Part shown: piece after piece, positions 1 to 9,103 of the stretch
How the letters are laid out: the number at the start of each line of letters is the position of its first letter
How positions within the stretch are numbered: the stretch's first letter is position 1
NCBI GenBank assembly: GCA_023898685.1
Contig: CP060234.1
Coordinates: 2,569,945 to 2,633,944 of the forward strand
Origin: Phycisphaeraceae bacterium
Lineage (GTDB): Bacteria > Planctomycetota > Phycisphaerae > Phycisphaerales > UBA1924
Reading direction: 5' to 3'
DNA length: 64,000 bases
Notes under the pieces: generated by a model
Told to the model about the DNA's origin: nothing
The model's input: the letters and a program-made list of their open reading frames with translations, nothing else
The model's database searches: none
Translations under genes and position numbers: made by a program

Positions 1-2
1 TG

Positions 3-362
3 GCGCGGCAGCTCGAGCACGACGCGGCCTGGCGGTCGATCAGGCCCGAGTTCGAGGACGCGAGGCACGAGTGCGAGAAGCTCCGCACGCGCGTCTCGGG
101 CCTGCGTCGGCGGATCGGCGAGGCCGAGCGGAACGCGGAGACGCTCATCGCCCGCAAGAACGCAACGCGGGCGCAGAAGAGGGTGGGTGAGGCGATCGCC
201 GATGCGGACGACAACGCCTTTGAGGCGTTGCGCGCCTTCGAGGCGCGGGTCACGAGCGAAGAGGCTGGGGCCATTGACTCGGCGGCCCGTGCGACCCCGG
301 CACCGCCGGGCGTTGACGAGGCGCTGGCGAGTCTGAGGGCCGAGATGGATCGAGGGGCGTAG
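3..362 (+). CDS. C-terminal fragment of a PspA/IM30-like coiled-coil stress protein (5' end outside window)
   Basis: The frame is open from the window edge to TAG at 360-362. My translation (...RKNATRAQKRVGEAIADADDNAFEALRAFEARVTSEEAGA...LASLRAEMDRGA) resembles the C-terminal helices of PspA-family proteins. It is absent from the ORF track because there is no start in the window. Confidence 0.4.
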   Translation, partial: ARQLEHDAAWRSIRPEFEDARHECEKLRTRVSGLRRRIGEAERNAETLIARKNATRAQKRVGEAIADADDNAFEALRAFEARVTSEEAGAIDSAARATPAPPGVDEALASLRAEMDRGA

Positions 363-372
363 GGCGAGGCCG

Positions 373-2949
373 TCAGTCGGCCTCGGCGAGCCGCAAGGCC
401 GCGTGGATCAGCCCGATATGGCTGTAGGCCTGGGGGTGATTGCCCAAGGCGCGGCGCTCGCCCGGGTCGTATTGCTCGGGTATCAGGCCGGTCGGGCCCG
501 CCGTGGAGATGTATCGATCGAACAACGCGCGGGCGTCGTCGACACGGCCGCACAGCGCGAGCGACTCGATCAGCCAGGAGGTGCAGAGGTAGAAGCCGCC
601 CTCGCCGCCCGGCAGGCCGTCGTCGTAGTGGTAGCGGTAGACGATGCCGTCGCGGCAGAGGTCGCGTTCGACGGCGCGGATGGTGGCGTCGAATCGCGGG
701 TCATCCGGTTCGACGAGGCCGGTGAGCCCGACCGCGAGCACCGAGGCGTCGGGGTCGTGCTCGCCGTAGGCGCTGGTGAAGGCGCCGTAGTCGGCGTCCC
801 AGCCCTGTTCGAGCACGTCGGCCTTGATGTCGTCGGCAAGGGCCTGCCACTCCGGGCGGGCCCGGCCCAGGAAGCGCTCGGCGATCTCGGCCCCGAGCGT
901 CGCGGTCTGCCAGCACATGACCTTGGAGTGGACGTGGTGCCGCACGGGGCGACGGATCTCCCAGATGCCATGGTCGGGCTCGTCCCACCGGCTCCATACC
1001 GCGGAGACCATCGCCTCGACGAGGCGCCAGTGCTCGGTCGAGAGCGGGGCGCCGTTGCGGAGCAGCAGATACACAAGCTCGACGATCGGGCCGAACACGT
1101 CGAGCTGGAGCTGCTTGTTGGCCGCGTTACCGATGCGGACTGGGCGGGAGGCGGCGTAGCCCGGCAGCTCGCGGATGTCGGCCTCGGCGGGCAGGTCGTC
1201 GCCCGAGACGGTGTAGATCGGGTTGAGCCGATCGGGCGCGGGCAGCGTGTCGACCACGCCCAGCATCCAGTCGAGGAACCGCACGGCCTCCTCGGTCGAG
1301 CCCAGACGGACGAGGGCCGATGACGCGAGGGCGGCATCGCGGGGCCAGCAGTAGCGGTAGTCCCAGTTGCGCACGCCCCCGATGCACTCTGGCAGGCTGG
1401 TCGTGCCGGCGGCGGCGATGGCCCCCGTCGGCCCGTGGCACAGGCCTCGGAGGACGAGGGCGCTGCGCTTGACGAGATCGTCGGCGACGCCCGGCAGTTC
1501 GAGGTCCTCGGCCCAGTGCTCCCAGAAGCGAGACGTCTGTTTCGATCGCTTCGATTCGTTGATGACCGCGGGCGAGAGTTCGCCTGTGCCGCAGCGCAGC
1601 TCGAGGACAAGGCGTCCATCGTGGTCCGCGAGATCGACCTCGGCGGTGGCGGTGTGGTGGGGGCCCTCGTCGCAGAGCGTCCACCGCACCCCCGGGGCGC
1701 GGAGGACGATCGGGTCGGGCCAGTCGGTGACGGCGAGCCCGTCGGGCTTGAGGATCAGGTGCGTCTGCCGGCGTCCGTAGTCGAGGCGGGGGGCGAACTC
1801 GATCTCGACCCGTCCGGCGCCCTCGATGACACGGACGATGTCGGTACGACCCGGTCGCTGGATGGTGCGGCCGCCGGAACAATCCATGTAGTCGGTGACG
1901 GTGACATCAGCCCAGATGGTCTTGAGGTGGAACGTGTCACCCGTGTACTCCTGCACCGGGGCAATGCCCGGTTCGAGCGGCGTGATCGCGAACCGGCCCG
2001 CGATCGGGCCCCCGAGCAACTCCGCGAATATGGAGGGCGAATCGATCCGGGGCACCCCCATCCACGTGATGCGGGCGCCGGGGGCGACGAGCGCGATCGT
2101 GCGGAGATCGGTGAGCATCGAGTGCGACTCGATGGGCGCGGCTCCCGCGCCGCCGATCCAGGCCGCGCGCAGCTCGCTGAGCCGGGCGAGCACGCGGGCG
2201 GCCTCGGTCGTGTCGGCGACGCGGTGGCGGGCGCTCGATTCGCCCTCGCCGACCTTGATGCCCACGTCGGGCCCGGTGAGCGTGGCGAAGGCGTCCTCAT
2301 CGGTGCGGTCGTCCCCGATGAAGAGGACGGCGGTGGCGCCGAATCGCCTGCGGAGCGTGTTGAGCGCGTCGCCCTTGTGGGTGGAGACCACGGCGAGTTC
2401 GAGGACCATCTTGCCACGCTTGACGAACACGCCGGGCTTGCCGACGAGCTCGTTCTCGGCCGCCTTGACCGCCGCCTTGCCGATTTCCTCCTCGGCGTTG
2501 CGGTAGTGCAGGGCGATGCTGGCGGGCTTGACCTCAACGAAGCAGCCCGGATGGTCGTGTGAGATGCGCCGCAGCGCGTCGCTGATCTCCTCGTGCCGGG
2601 CCTTCGCCTCGGGGCTGAGCATCTGAGCGAAGCCCACGTCGAACTCGCTGCCGTGGCTGCCGACGAGATGGATGCCCTCGGGGTCGCCCGACAGCTCGGC
2701 GAGATCGGCGAGCGATCGGCCCGAGATCAGCGCGACGTTGGTGTGCGGCAGCTCCGCGAGCGCCCGCAGCGCGACCACCGCCTCGCGGCTGGGACGCGCC
2801 TGGGTCGGGTCGCTAACGATCGGCGCGATCGTGCCGTCGTAATCCGATGCGACGAGCAGCATGGGGACATGGGCCAGCTCGCGCACCGCATTGTCGAGCG
2901 CGGGGCCGGCCCCGGATTCGGGTCGTGGAATGGTCTGCTGCTTCGGCAT
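373..2949 (-). CDS. otsB: Bifunctional-looking fusion of a trehalose-6-phosphate phosphatase (HAD, OtsB-like) N-domain and a glycoside hydrolase family 15 (glucoamylase/trehalase-like) C-domain
   Basis: 858-aa ORF. The N-terminus has HAD motif I (LLVASDYDGTIAP) and GDDRTDEDAF, typical of trehalose phosphatase. The C-terminal ~550 aa carry the GH15 signature NWDYRYCWPRDAA and a C-terminal catalytic-domain-like region. It lies directly downstream of otsA. Confidence 0.8.
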   Translation of the reverse strand: MPKQQTIPRPESGAGPALDNAVRELAHVPMLLVASDYDGTIAPIVSDPTQARPSREAVVALRALAELPHTNVALISGRSLADLAELSGDPEGIHLVGSHGSEFDVGFAQMLSPEAKARHEEISDALRRISHDHPGCFVEVKPASIALHYRNAEEEIGKAAVKAAENELVGKPGVFVKRGKMVLELAVVSTHKGDALNTLRRRFGATAVLFIGDDRTDEDAFATLTGPDVGIKVGEGESSARHRVADTTEAARVLARLSELRAAWIGGAGAAPIESHSMLTDLRTIALVAPGARITWMGVPRIDSPSIFAELLGGPIAGRFAITPLEPGIAPVQEYTGDTFHLKTIWADVTVTDYMDCSGGRTIQRPGRTDIVRVIEGAGRVEIEFAPRLDYGRRQTHLILKPDGLAVTDWPDPIVLRAPGVRWTLCDEGPHHTATAEVDLADHDGRLVLELRCGTGELSPAVINESKRSKQTSRFWEHWAEDLELPGVADDLVKRSALVLRGLCHGPTGAIAAAGTTSLPECIGGVRNWDYRYCWPRDAALASSALVRLGSTEEAVRFLDWMLGVVDTLPAPDRLNPIYTVSGDDLPAEADIRELPGYAASRPVRIGNAANKQLQLDVFGPIVELVYLLLRNGAPLSTEHWRLVEAMVSAVWSRWDEPDHGIWEIRRPVRHHVHSKVMCWQTATLGAEIAERFLGRARPEWQALADDIKADVLEQGWDADYGAFTSAYGEHDPDASVLAVGLTGLVEPDDPRFDATIRAVERDLCRDGIVYRYHYDDGLPGGEGGFYLCTSWLIESLALCGRVDDARALFDRYISTAGPTGLIPEQYDPGERRALGNHPQAYSHIGLIHAALRLAEAD

Positions 2950-2956
2950 GGCTCGA

Positions 2957-4366
2957 TCAGCTCTCTCGGAGACGGGAGATGAATCCGTCGGCCCAGTCGT
3001 GCACGCTGCGGGCGCGGACGGTGCGGCGGAGTGTGGTCATGCGCTTCCGCTGCTCGGCGTGGGTCATCTCCAGCGCGTCCTCCATCGCGCTGGCGATGCC
3101 GTCGACGTCGAACGGGTTGACAAGCAGCGCCTGCTTGAGTTCGAGGGCCGCCCCGGCGAACTCGCTGAGCACGAGCACGCCGTCCTGGCGGATACGGGTC
3201 ATGCAGTATTCCTTGGCGACGAGGTTCATGCCGTCGCGGAAGGGCGTGACCATCATGACGTCGGCGGCGCAGTAGCGGGCGATCAGGTCTCGCGTGGGCA
3301 GACCACCATAGATGTAATGCACGGGGACGTGCTGCTTGACCGAGTGCGTGCCGTTGATCCGTCCCACGAGCCGCTCGACGTCGTCACGCAGCTCGGCGTA
3401 GTCGTCCACGCTCTCGCGCGTCGGCACCGCGATCTGGATGAGCACGCAATCCTCGGCGGTGTAGCGTCCCCGGCTGAGCAACTCCTCGAACGCCCGCAGG
3501 CGGATGTCGATGCCCTTGGTGTAGTCGAGCCGGTCGACGCAGAGGATGATCCGCCGGCCGTTCATGCTCGCGCGAAAGCGCTCGGCCTCGACCGCGATCT
3601 CGGGATCGCGGGCCATGCCCTCGTAGAGGTTGACGTCGATCGAGATCGGGAAGGCGTCGACCACCACGCGTCGGCCGGCGAAGCGGAGCAGGCGGTCCGA
3701 GCCGCGGGCGTCGGTGAACCGGCGGGCCGCCCTCGAGAAGTTCTGGGCCGCGAGCCTGGTCTGGAAGCCGACGACGTCGGCCCCGAGCATCGCCTCCAGG
3801 ATGGGCGTTCGCCACGGGATCTTGGCGAACAACTCCTCGGGTGGGAACGGGATGTGCAGGAAGAAACCGATCCTGGTCTCGGGCCGGCGCTCGCGGAGCA
3901 TGCCCGGGACGAGCTGGAGCTGGTAGTCGTGCACCCAGACCAAGTCGTCCTTGCCCGCCACCTGGGCCGCGGCGTCGGCGAACCGTTCGTTGACCCGGTG
4001 GTAAGGCCACCACCAGCGACGGTGGAATTGCGGCTCGCGGATCGAGTCGTGGTAAAGGGGCCAGAGCGTCTTGTTGGCGAAGCCGGCGTAGAAGGTGTCG
4101 AACTCCTTGGCCGAGAGCGACACGGGACGGATGCGGATGTTCTCGTGCAGGAACGGTGGCACCGCCTTCCGGCCCGCCGCGCCGTCCCAGCCCACCCAGC
4201 CCCCGCCGCGCTCGCGGAGCATCGGGGACAGCGCCGTGACGAGCCCGCCCGGGCTGGTCTCCCACTCGCCGGGCTTGTTCTTGGCGGTCCGCCTCACCGG
4301 CATGCGGTTGGCGATGACGACAAGGCCCCCGTCAGTCTTGTTTGGATTGGTGGTTCGCTTGGCCAC
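2957..4366 (-). CDS. otsA: Alpha,alpha-trehalose-phosphate synthase (GT20)
   Basis: GT20 motifs are present: VVIANRMPV, GGLVTAL, VWVHDYQLQLVPGMLRE, LVGRINGT, VTPFRDGMNLVAKEY. The maximal ORF starts at 4561 but overlaps the divergent gene at 4548. GTG at 4366 (VAKRTT...) gives a normal-length protein. The start is uncertain. Confidence 0.85.
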   Translation of the reverse strand: MAKRTTNPNKTDGGLVVIANRMPVRRTAKNKPGEWETSPGGLVTALSPMLRERGGGWVGWDGAAGRKAVPPFLHENIRIRPVSLSAKEFDTFYAGFANKTLWPLYHDSIREPQFHRRWWWPYHRVNERFADAAAQVAGKDDLVWVHDYQLQLVPGMLRERRPETRIGFFLHIPFPPEELFAKIPWRTPILEAMLGADVVGFQTRLAAQNFSRAARRFTDARGSDRLLRFAGRRVVVDAFPISIDVNLYEGMARDPEIAVEAERFRASMNGRRIILCVDRLDYTKGIDIRLRAFEELLSRGRYTAEDCVLIQIAVPTRESVDDYAELRDDVERLVGRINGTHSVKQHVPVHYIYGGLPTRDLIARYCAADVMMVTPFRDGMNLVAKEYCMTRIRQDGVLVLSEFAGAALELKQALLVNPFDVDGIASAMEDALEMTHAEQRKRMTTLRRTVRARSVHDWADGFISRLRES

Positions 4367-4547
4367 GCGGAAGGGTAACGCGCCCGTGGCACCGATGGGT
4401 GGGCAAGCGGGAGATTCGTGGTCGAGCCGGCGGGCGCGGCGTGGGCCTAGACTCCCGTCCCGCCCGTTTTCGGGCAATACTGTGGCATCACACCTGTGAC
4501 GCGGCGCCTGAAAGTGCGCCGGCAGAGCCCAAAGAAAGGTCTCGATC

Positions 4548-4874
4548 ATGGCCGAAGGCAACCCGCAGCAGACTCAACAGATCCAGTTCCGCATCGACGA
4601 GTCGAAGATGCACACGACCTATTCGAACACGATCCGGACTACGCCCACGCAGGAGGAGATGGTCCTCGACTTCGGCATGAACATCCCGATGCAGATCCAG
4701 GGCCAGGCCCCAATGATCACGTTCAGCGTGGGGAGCCGGGTGGTGATGAATTGGGCGGGGGCCAAGCGGCTGGCGATCAACCTGGGCCAGCTTGTCCGGC
4801 AGTTCGAGGAGCGGAACGGCGAGATCGTGATCCAGCAGCCGCAACCCCAGCACGCCCCCGAGGGCGATGACTGA
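4548..4874 (+). CDS. DUF3467-like small protein
   Basis: 108-aa ORF. The pattern YSNTIRTTPTQEEMVLDFGM...VVMNWAGAKRLAINLGQLVRQFEERNGEI matches my recollection of the DUF3467 family. Confidence 0.65.
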   Translation: MAEGNPQQTQQIQFRIDESKMHTTYSNTIRTTPTQEEMVLDFGMNIPMQIQGQAPMITFSVGSRVVMNWAGAKRLAINLGQLVRQFEERNGEIVIQQPQPQHAPEGDD

Positions 4875-4988
4875 TTGAAGTCGACGGTTCCCTGACGGGG
4901 GCCGGCATCCGGAGCATCCGAGTGTGGGGACGCCGGTACGCAAGGTCGGCCGTCCCCGCTTTTCATTCCCGGGAGTACCGCAAACGCG

Positions 4989-6005
4989 ATGACCGAGACC
5001 GCGATGACACCAGACACGACCGCCGCTTCGCCCGAGATGACCGCCGCCTCGGCTTCCATGCGCCGCCTCGTCGACGCCGTCGGCTCGGTGGTGGTGGGGC
5101 AGGCGGGGATGGTCGAGAGGTTGCTTATCGGCCTGTTGACCGGGGGACACGTGCTGCTCGAGGGCGTGCCGGGGCTGGCGAAGACGTTGACCGTCTCGGC
5201 GCTCGCCGGCGCCCTCGACGGCGCGTTCAGCCGGATCCAGTTCACGCCCGACCTGCTGCCGGCCGACCTGGTGGGCACGCTGATCTACAACCCGCAGACG
5301 GGCGAGTTCACCACGCGCAAGGGCCCGGTGTTCGCCAACATCGTGCTGGCCGACGAGATCAACCGGGCGCCCGCCAAGGTGCAGAGCGCCCTGCTCGAGG
5401 CGATGCAGGAGAGAAGCGTCACGATCGGCGACGCCACACACCAACTGCCCAGGCCCTTCCTTGTGCTCGCGACGCAGAACCCGATCGAGCAGGAGGGGAC
5501 CTATCCGCTGCCCGAGGCACAGGTCGACCGGTTCATGCTCAAGCTGAGCGTGGGCTATCCGAGCAAGGAAGAAGAGCGCGAGATCGTCCGGCGGATGGCG
5601 TCAACCAAGCCCAAGATGACGGTCGACCCGGTCGTGTCGCTCGACGACATTATGCGGGCGCGCGAGCTGGTCGACGCGGTGTTTGTCGACGAGAAGATCC
5701 ATGACTACGCCGTGGAGATCGTGCACACGACGCGCGAGCCGGAGGGGATGAAGGGGCCCGGGGGGACCGACCTGGCGAGGCTGATCGAATTCGGGGCCTC
5801 TCCCCGCGCGTCGATCGCGCTGGTGCTTGCGTCGAAGGCGCACGCATTCTTGCAGGGGCGGGACTTCGTGACGCCCAGCGACGTGAAGTCGATCGCGCTC
5901 GACGTGATGCGTCACCGGATCATCATCAGCTACGAGGCCGAGGCCGAGGGTGTGAGCGGGGACGACATCGTCCGGGCGGTGCTCGACCAGTGCCCGGTGC
6001 CTTGA
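4989..6005 (+). CDS. moxR: MoxR-family AAA+ ATPase
   Basis: Walker A GVPGLAKT and Walker B LADEINRAPAKVQSALLEAMQE. MoxR-type C-terminus (ASPRASIAL...AFLQGRDFVTPSDVK). It is followed by DUF58 and VWA genes. Confidence 0.9.
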   Translation: MTETAMTPDTTAASPEMTAASASMRRLVDAVGSVVVGQAGMVERLLIGLLTGGHVLLEGVPGLAKTLTVSALAGALDGAFSRIQFTPDLLPADLVGTLIYNPQTGEFTTRKGPVFANIVLADEINRAPAKVQSALLEAMQERSVTIGDATHQLPRPFLVLATQNPIEQEGTYPLPEAQVDRFMLKLSVGYPSKEEEREIVRRMASTKPKMTVDPVVSLDDIMRARELVDAVFVDEKIHDYAVEIVHTTREPEGMKGPGGTDLARLIEFGASPRASIALVLASKAHAFLQGRDFVTPSDVKSIALDVMRHRIIISYEAEAEGVSGDDIVRAVLDQCPVP

Positions 6006-6054
6006 GGTGAGTGATGGGGGCGAAGTCGCACGATCTTCCGAGGCGCGGCGGAGA

Positions 6055-6125
6055 GGAGCCCGGAGCGCAAGCGATGGGCCGAAGGAGCCTTCCACTCCGG
6101 CCCGTCGCTTGCGCTCGGGGCTCCT
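6055..6125. repeat. REP-A palindromic element (copy 1), moxR/DUF58 intergenic
   Basis: GGAGCCCGGAGCGCAAGCGATGGGCCG, a 15-nt loop, then CGGCCCGTCGCTTGCGCTCGGGGCTCC. The same arm consensus recurs at 16445, 16557/17107, 17159, 26968 and 54852. Confidence 0.8.
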
Positions 6126-6165
6126 TCGGGTTTGCCGGCGGAGCACCTCGGCTTCTCGGTAGCGC

Positions 6166-7083
6166 ATGGGAGGCAACGCCATGCTGACCCCCGAGCTCAT
6201 GGAAGAAGTCCGCAGGCTCCAGATCCGCACCCGCCGGCGTGTCGACGATCTGTTCGCGGGCGAGTACCACTCCGCCTTCCTGGGGCGGGGGATCGAGTTC
6301 GCGGAGGTCCGCGAGTATGCACCGGGCGATGATGTCCGCTCGATCGACTGGAACGTCACGGCCCGCGCCGGCAAGCCTTTCATCAAGCGGTACATCGAGG
6401 AGCGTCAGCTCACCGTCGTGCTCTGCGTCGACGCGTCGGCGTCGGGGCTGTTCGGCACGGTCGCGAAGACCAAGGGGCGGCTCATCGCCGAGACCGGGGC
6501 CGCGATCGCCTACTCGGCTCTCCAGAACAACGACCGCGTCGGGCTGATGCGCTTCAGCGACGAGGTCGATCTCTACGTGCCGCCCCGCAAGGGACCGCGC
6601 CACCTGCTCCGCCTGCTGCGCGAGCTGCTGGGCACGACGCCCTCGGGCTCGGGGCGGGCGTTCCCGGAGGCGCTCGAGACGGTGGGTTCGGTGCTGCACC
6701 AGCGGGCGATTGTGTTCATCGCGAGCGACTTCCTGCCGCCGCCCGGCGGATCGATGGACGACCTCGCCCGCCCCCTGGCTGTGCTGGGCCGGCGTCACGA
6801 CGTGATCGCCCTGCGCGTCTCCGACCCGCGCGAGCAGACGCTGCCCCGTGTCGGGCTGATCGAGCTCGAAGACCCCGAGACGGGCGAACGCGTGCTCTTC
6901 GATACCTCGTCGCGCCGCCTGCGACGCCGGCACGAGGCCGTCGCGGCTAAGCGCCGCGCCGAGTCCGACCGCGTGCTGCGGCGTACGGGGGTCGACGTGA
7001 TCGACCTGAGCACCTCGCGTCCATTCGGCGCCGAGCTCGAGCGGTACTTCAGGCTCCGCGAGAGGAGGCGGAGGCGAGAATGA
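6166..7083 (+). CDS. DUF58 domain protein (MoxR-associated)
   Basis: The signature EFAEVREYAPGDDVRSIDWNVTARAGKPFIKRYIEERQLTVVLCVDASAS is typical of DUF58. Its stop overlaps the next ORF start (ATGA at 7080-7083). Confidence 0.85.
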   Translation: MGGNAMLTPELMEEVRRLQIRTRRRVDDLFAGEYHSAFLGRGIEFAEVREYAPGDDVRSIDWNVTARAGKPFIKRYIEERQLTVVLCVDASASGLFGTVAKTKGRLIAETGAAIAYSALQNNDRVGLMRFSDEVDLYVPPRKGPRHLLRLLRELLGTTPSGSGRAFPEALETVGSVLHQRAIVFIASDFLPPPGGSMDDLARPLAVLGRRHDVIALRVSDPREQTLPRVGLIELEDPETGERVLFDTSSRRLRRRHEAVAAKRRAESDRVLRRTGVDVIDLSTSRPFGAELERYFRLRERRRRRE

Positions 7084-7108
7084 GTTTGTGCGGGCGCCAT
7101 CCTCCGAC

Positions 7109-7160
7109 GAGCCAAGAGCGCGAGCCCTTGGAGCGCTCCGCGGGCTTGTGCCCGCGGCTC
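7109..7160. repeat. REP-B element (degenerate inverted dimer, copy 1)
   Basis: GAGCCAAGAGCGCGAGCCCTTGGAGC followed by GCTCCGCGGGCTTGTGCCCGCGGCTC. It is related to the units at 15070, 22375 and 25429. Confidence 0.6.
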
Positions 7161-8045
7161 GTGGCGACCCGATTCGCCTCGGTCATCTTCGCTCTGCTCT
7201 GGCTCGCCCAGTCCGCGGTCGCCGCTCAGGCGATCGCGGGCCGGGCGGAGCTTTCCGCGACCAGCATCACCGTGACCGATCGCGTCACGCTGACGGTCAC
7301 GCTCGAGACCGACCCGGACTACACCGTCGAGCCCTGGAAGGACGACGCCGCGAAGCAATTGGAGGGTGCCGGCTGGACCGTTGTCTCGACCACCGCCGAC
7401 GCGCCGGCGCTTCATGACGGGCGGATCGAGCGCACGACGCGGTTGCTGCTCGAGCCGTTTCTCGACGGCGACTACGACGTCCCGGCGATCACGTGCACCG
7501 CGATCGGGCCGGCAGGGGAGAAGCAAACGGTCGAACTCGCCGCGTCGAAGGTCGAGGTGACGTCGCGGCTGCCGGCGGACGAGACGGTGCAACTCCCACT
7601 GCCCGGCCTGCCCACGGCGACGCCCTCCGACGGAGACAGGCCGCTTGGCGAGTTGCGAGTTGTGCCCGGGCCGAAACTCGCCGAACCATCGGCGTTCCTG
7701 GTTGGCGCGATCATCGTGCCCCTTGTCGCGGCGGCGGGCATCGTTGTCATTGTGGTCGGAGCGGCCGGCAAGAGGAGAGGTCGACCGTCCGACGTTTGGC
7801 GTGAGCTTGAGCGGTCCACGAAGTTGGTGCGTTCGGTCGACGACCTGGGCCCGGTCGATCGCGCGTTCCGGGCTTGCCTCGTGCTTGCGCCCGAGCGAAA
7901 GAGTGGCGAAGCGGTGGCGTTGCTCGAGCGGCTCGAGCGGGCGCGGTACGCGAAGTTGGCCCGGGGCGTTGACGCGTGTGCGCTCGCCGATGAGGTGGCG
8001 CGGGTGGCCAGGGCGCTGCGTGAAGCGGCAGGGGGCGCGGCGTGA
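7161..8045 (+). CDS. Bat-operon membrane protein (signal peptide, one C-proximal TM helix; DUF4381-like tail, tentative)
   Basis: GTG at 7161 gives VATRFASVIFALLWLAQSAVAAQA, a signal peptide. The ORF-track start at 7080 would translate the REP-B repeat. TM helix FLVGAIIVPLVAAAGIVVIVVGAAG. It sits between DUF58 and batA, as in Bat operons. Confidence 0.55.
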   Translation: MATRFASVIFALLWLAQSAVAAQAIAGRAELSATSITVTDRVTLTVTLETDPDYTVEPWKDDAAKQLEGAGWTVVSTTADAPALHDGRIERTTRLLLEPFLDGDYDVPAITCTAIGPAGEKQTVELAASKVEVTSRLPADETVQLPLPGLPTATPSDGDRPLGELRVVPGPKLAEPSAFLVGAIIVPLVAAAGIVVIVVGAAGKRRGRPSDVWRELERSTKLVRSVDDLGPVDRAFRACLVLAPERKSGEAVALLERLERARYAKLARGVDACALADEVARVARALREAAGGAA

Positions 8046-9103
8046 TGTTCGATCGCTTCGCCTGGCCCTGGCTGCTCGCGCTCGCCGCCGCGGTGCCCGT
8101 TGTGCTGGTCATCGCGCTTCTCCGCTCACGACGGGGAAGGCTGCTCTATCCCGCGAGCGACCTGGCGCACGGCCTGGGGATGAGCCTGCGCGCCCGCCTG
8201 TTCCGCGTGCCGCTGCTGCTGCGGGGGCTGGCGCTCGTGCTGCTCGTCGTCGCGCTGGCGAGGCCCCAGGACACGAAGGGCCACGTCAAGACGAGCACCG
8301 AGGGCATCGCGATGCAGATCGTCGTCGATCGCTCGAGCAGCATGACCGAGGGCATCCTGCTCGACGGCGAGAAAACCTCCAGGCTGGATGCGGTCAAAGA
8401 GATGGCCCGCGAGTTCATCGCCGGCAATGGCAAGGACCTCAAGGGCCGCCCTGGCGACATGATCGGCGTGATCGCGTTCGGCTCGTTCGCCGACACTGTG
8501 TGCCCTCTCGTCCGCGAGCACGACGCGCTGCTCGACCTGATCTCGAACGTGCAGGTCTCGCCCCTGCGGGCCGACCAGGGCACCGCGATCGGCGACGCGA
8601 TCGCCCTCGCCGCCGCGAGGCTCCGCGACGCCGAGAAGGAGGTCGCACGCGGGGTCGACGACGACAAGGGAGGCGACCCGGGGTTCAAGATCAAGTCCAA
8701 GGCGATCGTGCTGCTCACCGACGGGCGGAACAACCGGGGCGACATCGCCCCGATGGACGCCGCGGCGATCTGCAAGCAGTGGGGGATCAAGCTGTACACG
8801 ATCGGCATCGGGGGCAACAGCACCGTGAAGATCTCGGGGCTGACGATCCCGCAGGGCCCGAACGTCGACGTCGGGACGATGAAGGCGATGGCCGAGGGCA
8901 CGGGGGGCAAGTTCTTCCTCGCCGATACCGCGGACGATCTTCGCGACGTCTACGCCGAGATCGATTCGCTCGAGAAGACCAAGGTCGAGACGAGCCAGAG
9001 CGTGAACTACGACGAGCGTTTCCCGCCGTTCGCGGCGGCGGCGCTGGCGCTGCTCGCGATCGAGACGCTCGCCTCGACCACCGTGCTCCGGAGGACGCCT
9101 TGA
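8042..9103 (+). CDS. batA: VWA-domain membrane protein BatA
   Basis: N-terminal FAWPWLLALAAAVPVVLV, a second TM helix, and a VWA MIDAS motif (VVDRSSSM). It has a C-terminal TM helix. Its start overlaps the upstream stop (GTGATG). Confidence 0.85.
   Translation: MMFDRFAWPWLLALAAAVPVVLVIALLRSRRGRLLYPASDLAHGLGMSLRARLFRVPLLLRGLALVLLVVALARPQDTKGHVKTSTEGIAMQIVVDRSSSMTEGILLDGEKTSRLDAVKEMAREFIAGNGKDLKGRPGDMIGVIAFGSFADTVCPLVREHDALLDLISNVQVSPLRADQGTAIGDAIALAAARLRDAEKEVARGVDDDKGGDPGFKIKSKAIVLLTDGRNNRGDIAPMDAAAICKQWGIKLYTIGIGGNSTVKISGLTIPQGPNVDVGTMKAMAEGTGGKFFLADTADDLRDVYAEIDSLEKTKVETSQSVNYDERFPPFAAAALALLAIETLASTTVLRRTP

Noticed and set aside
7645-9099. Upstream 485 codons of the 841-aa plus-strand ORF ending at 10170
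   Set aside because: This part overlaps the Bat-operon membrane protein and batA out of frame and translates to R/A/P-rich sequence. Only the part from TTG 9100 onward has BatB features.
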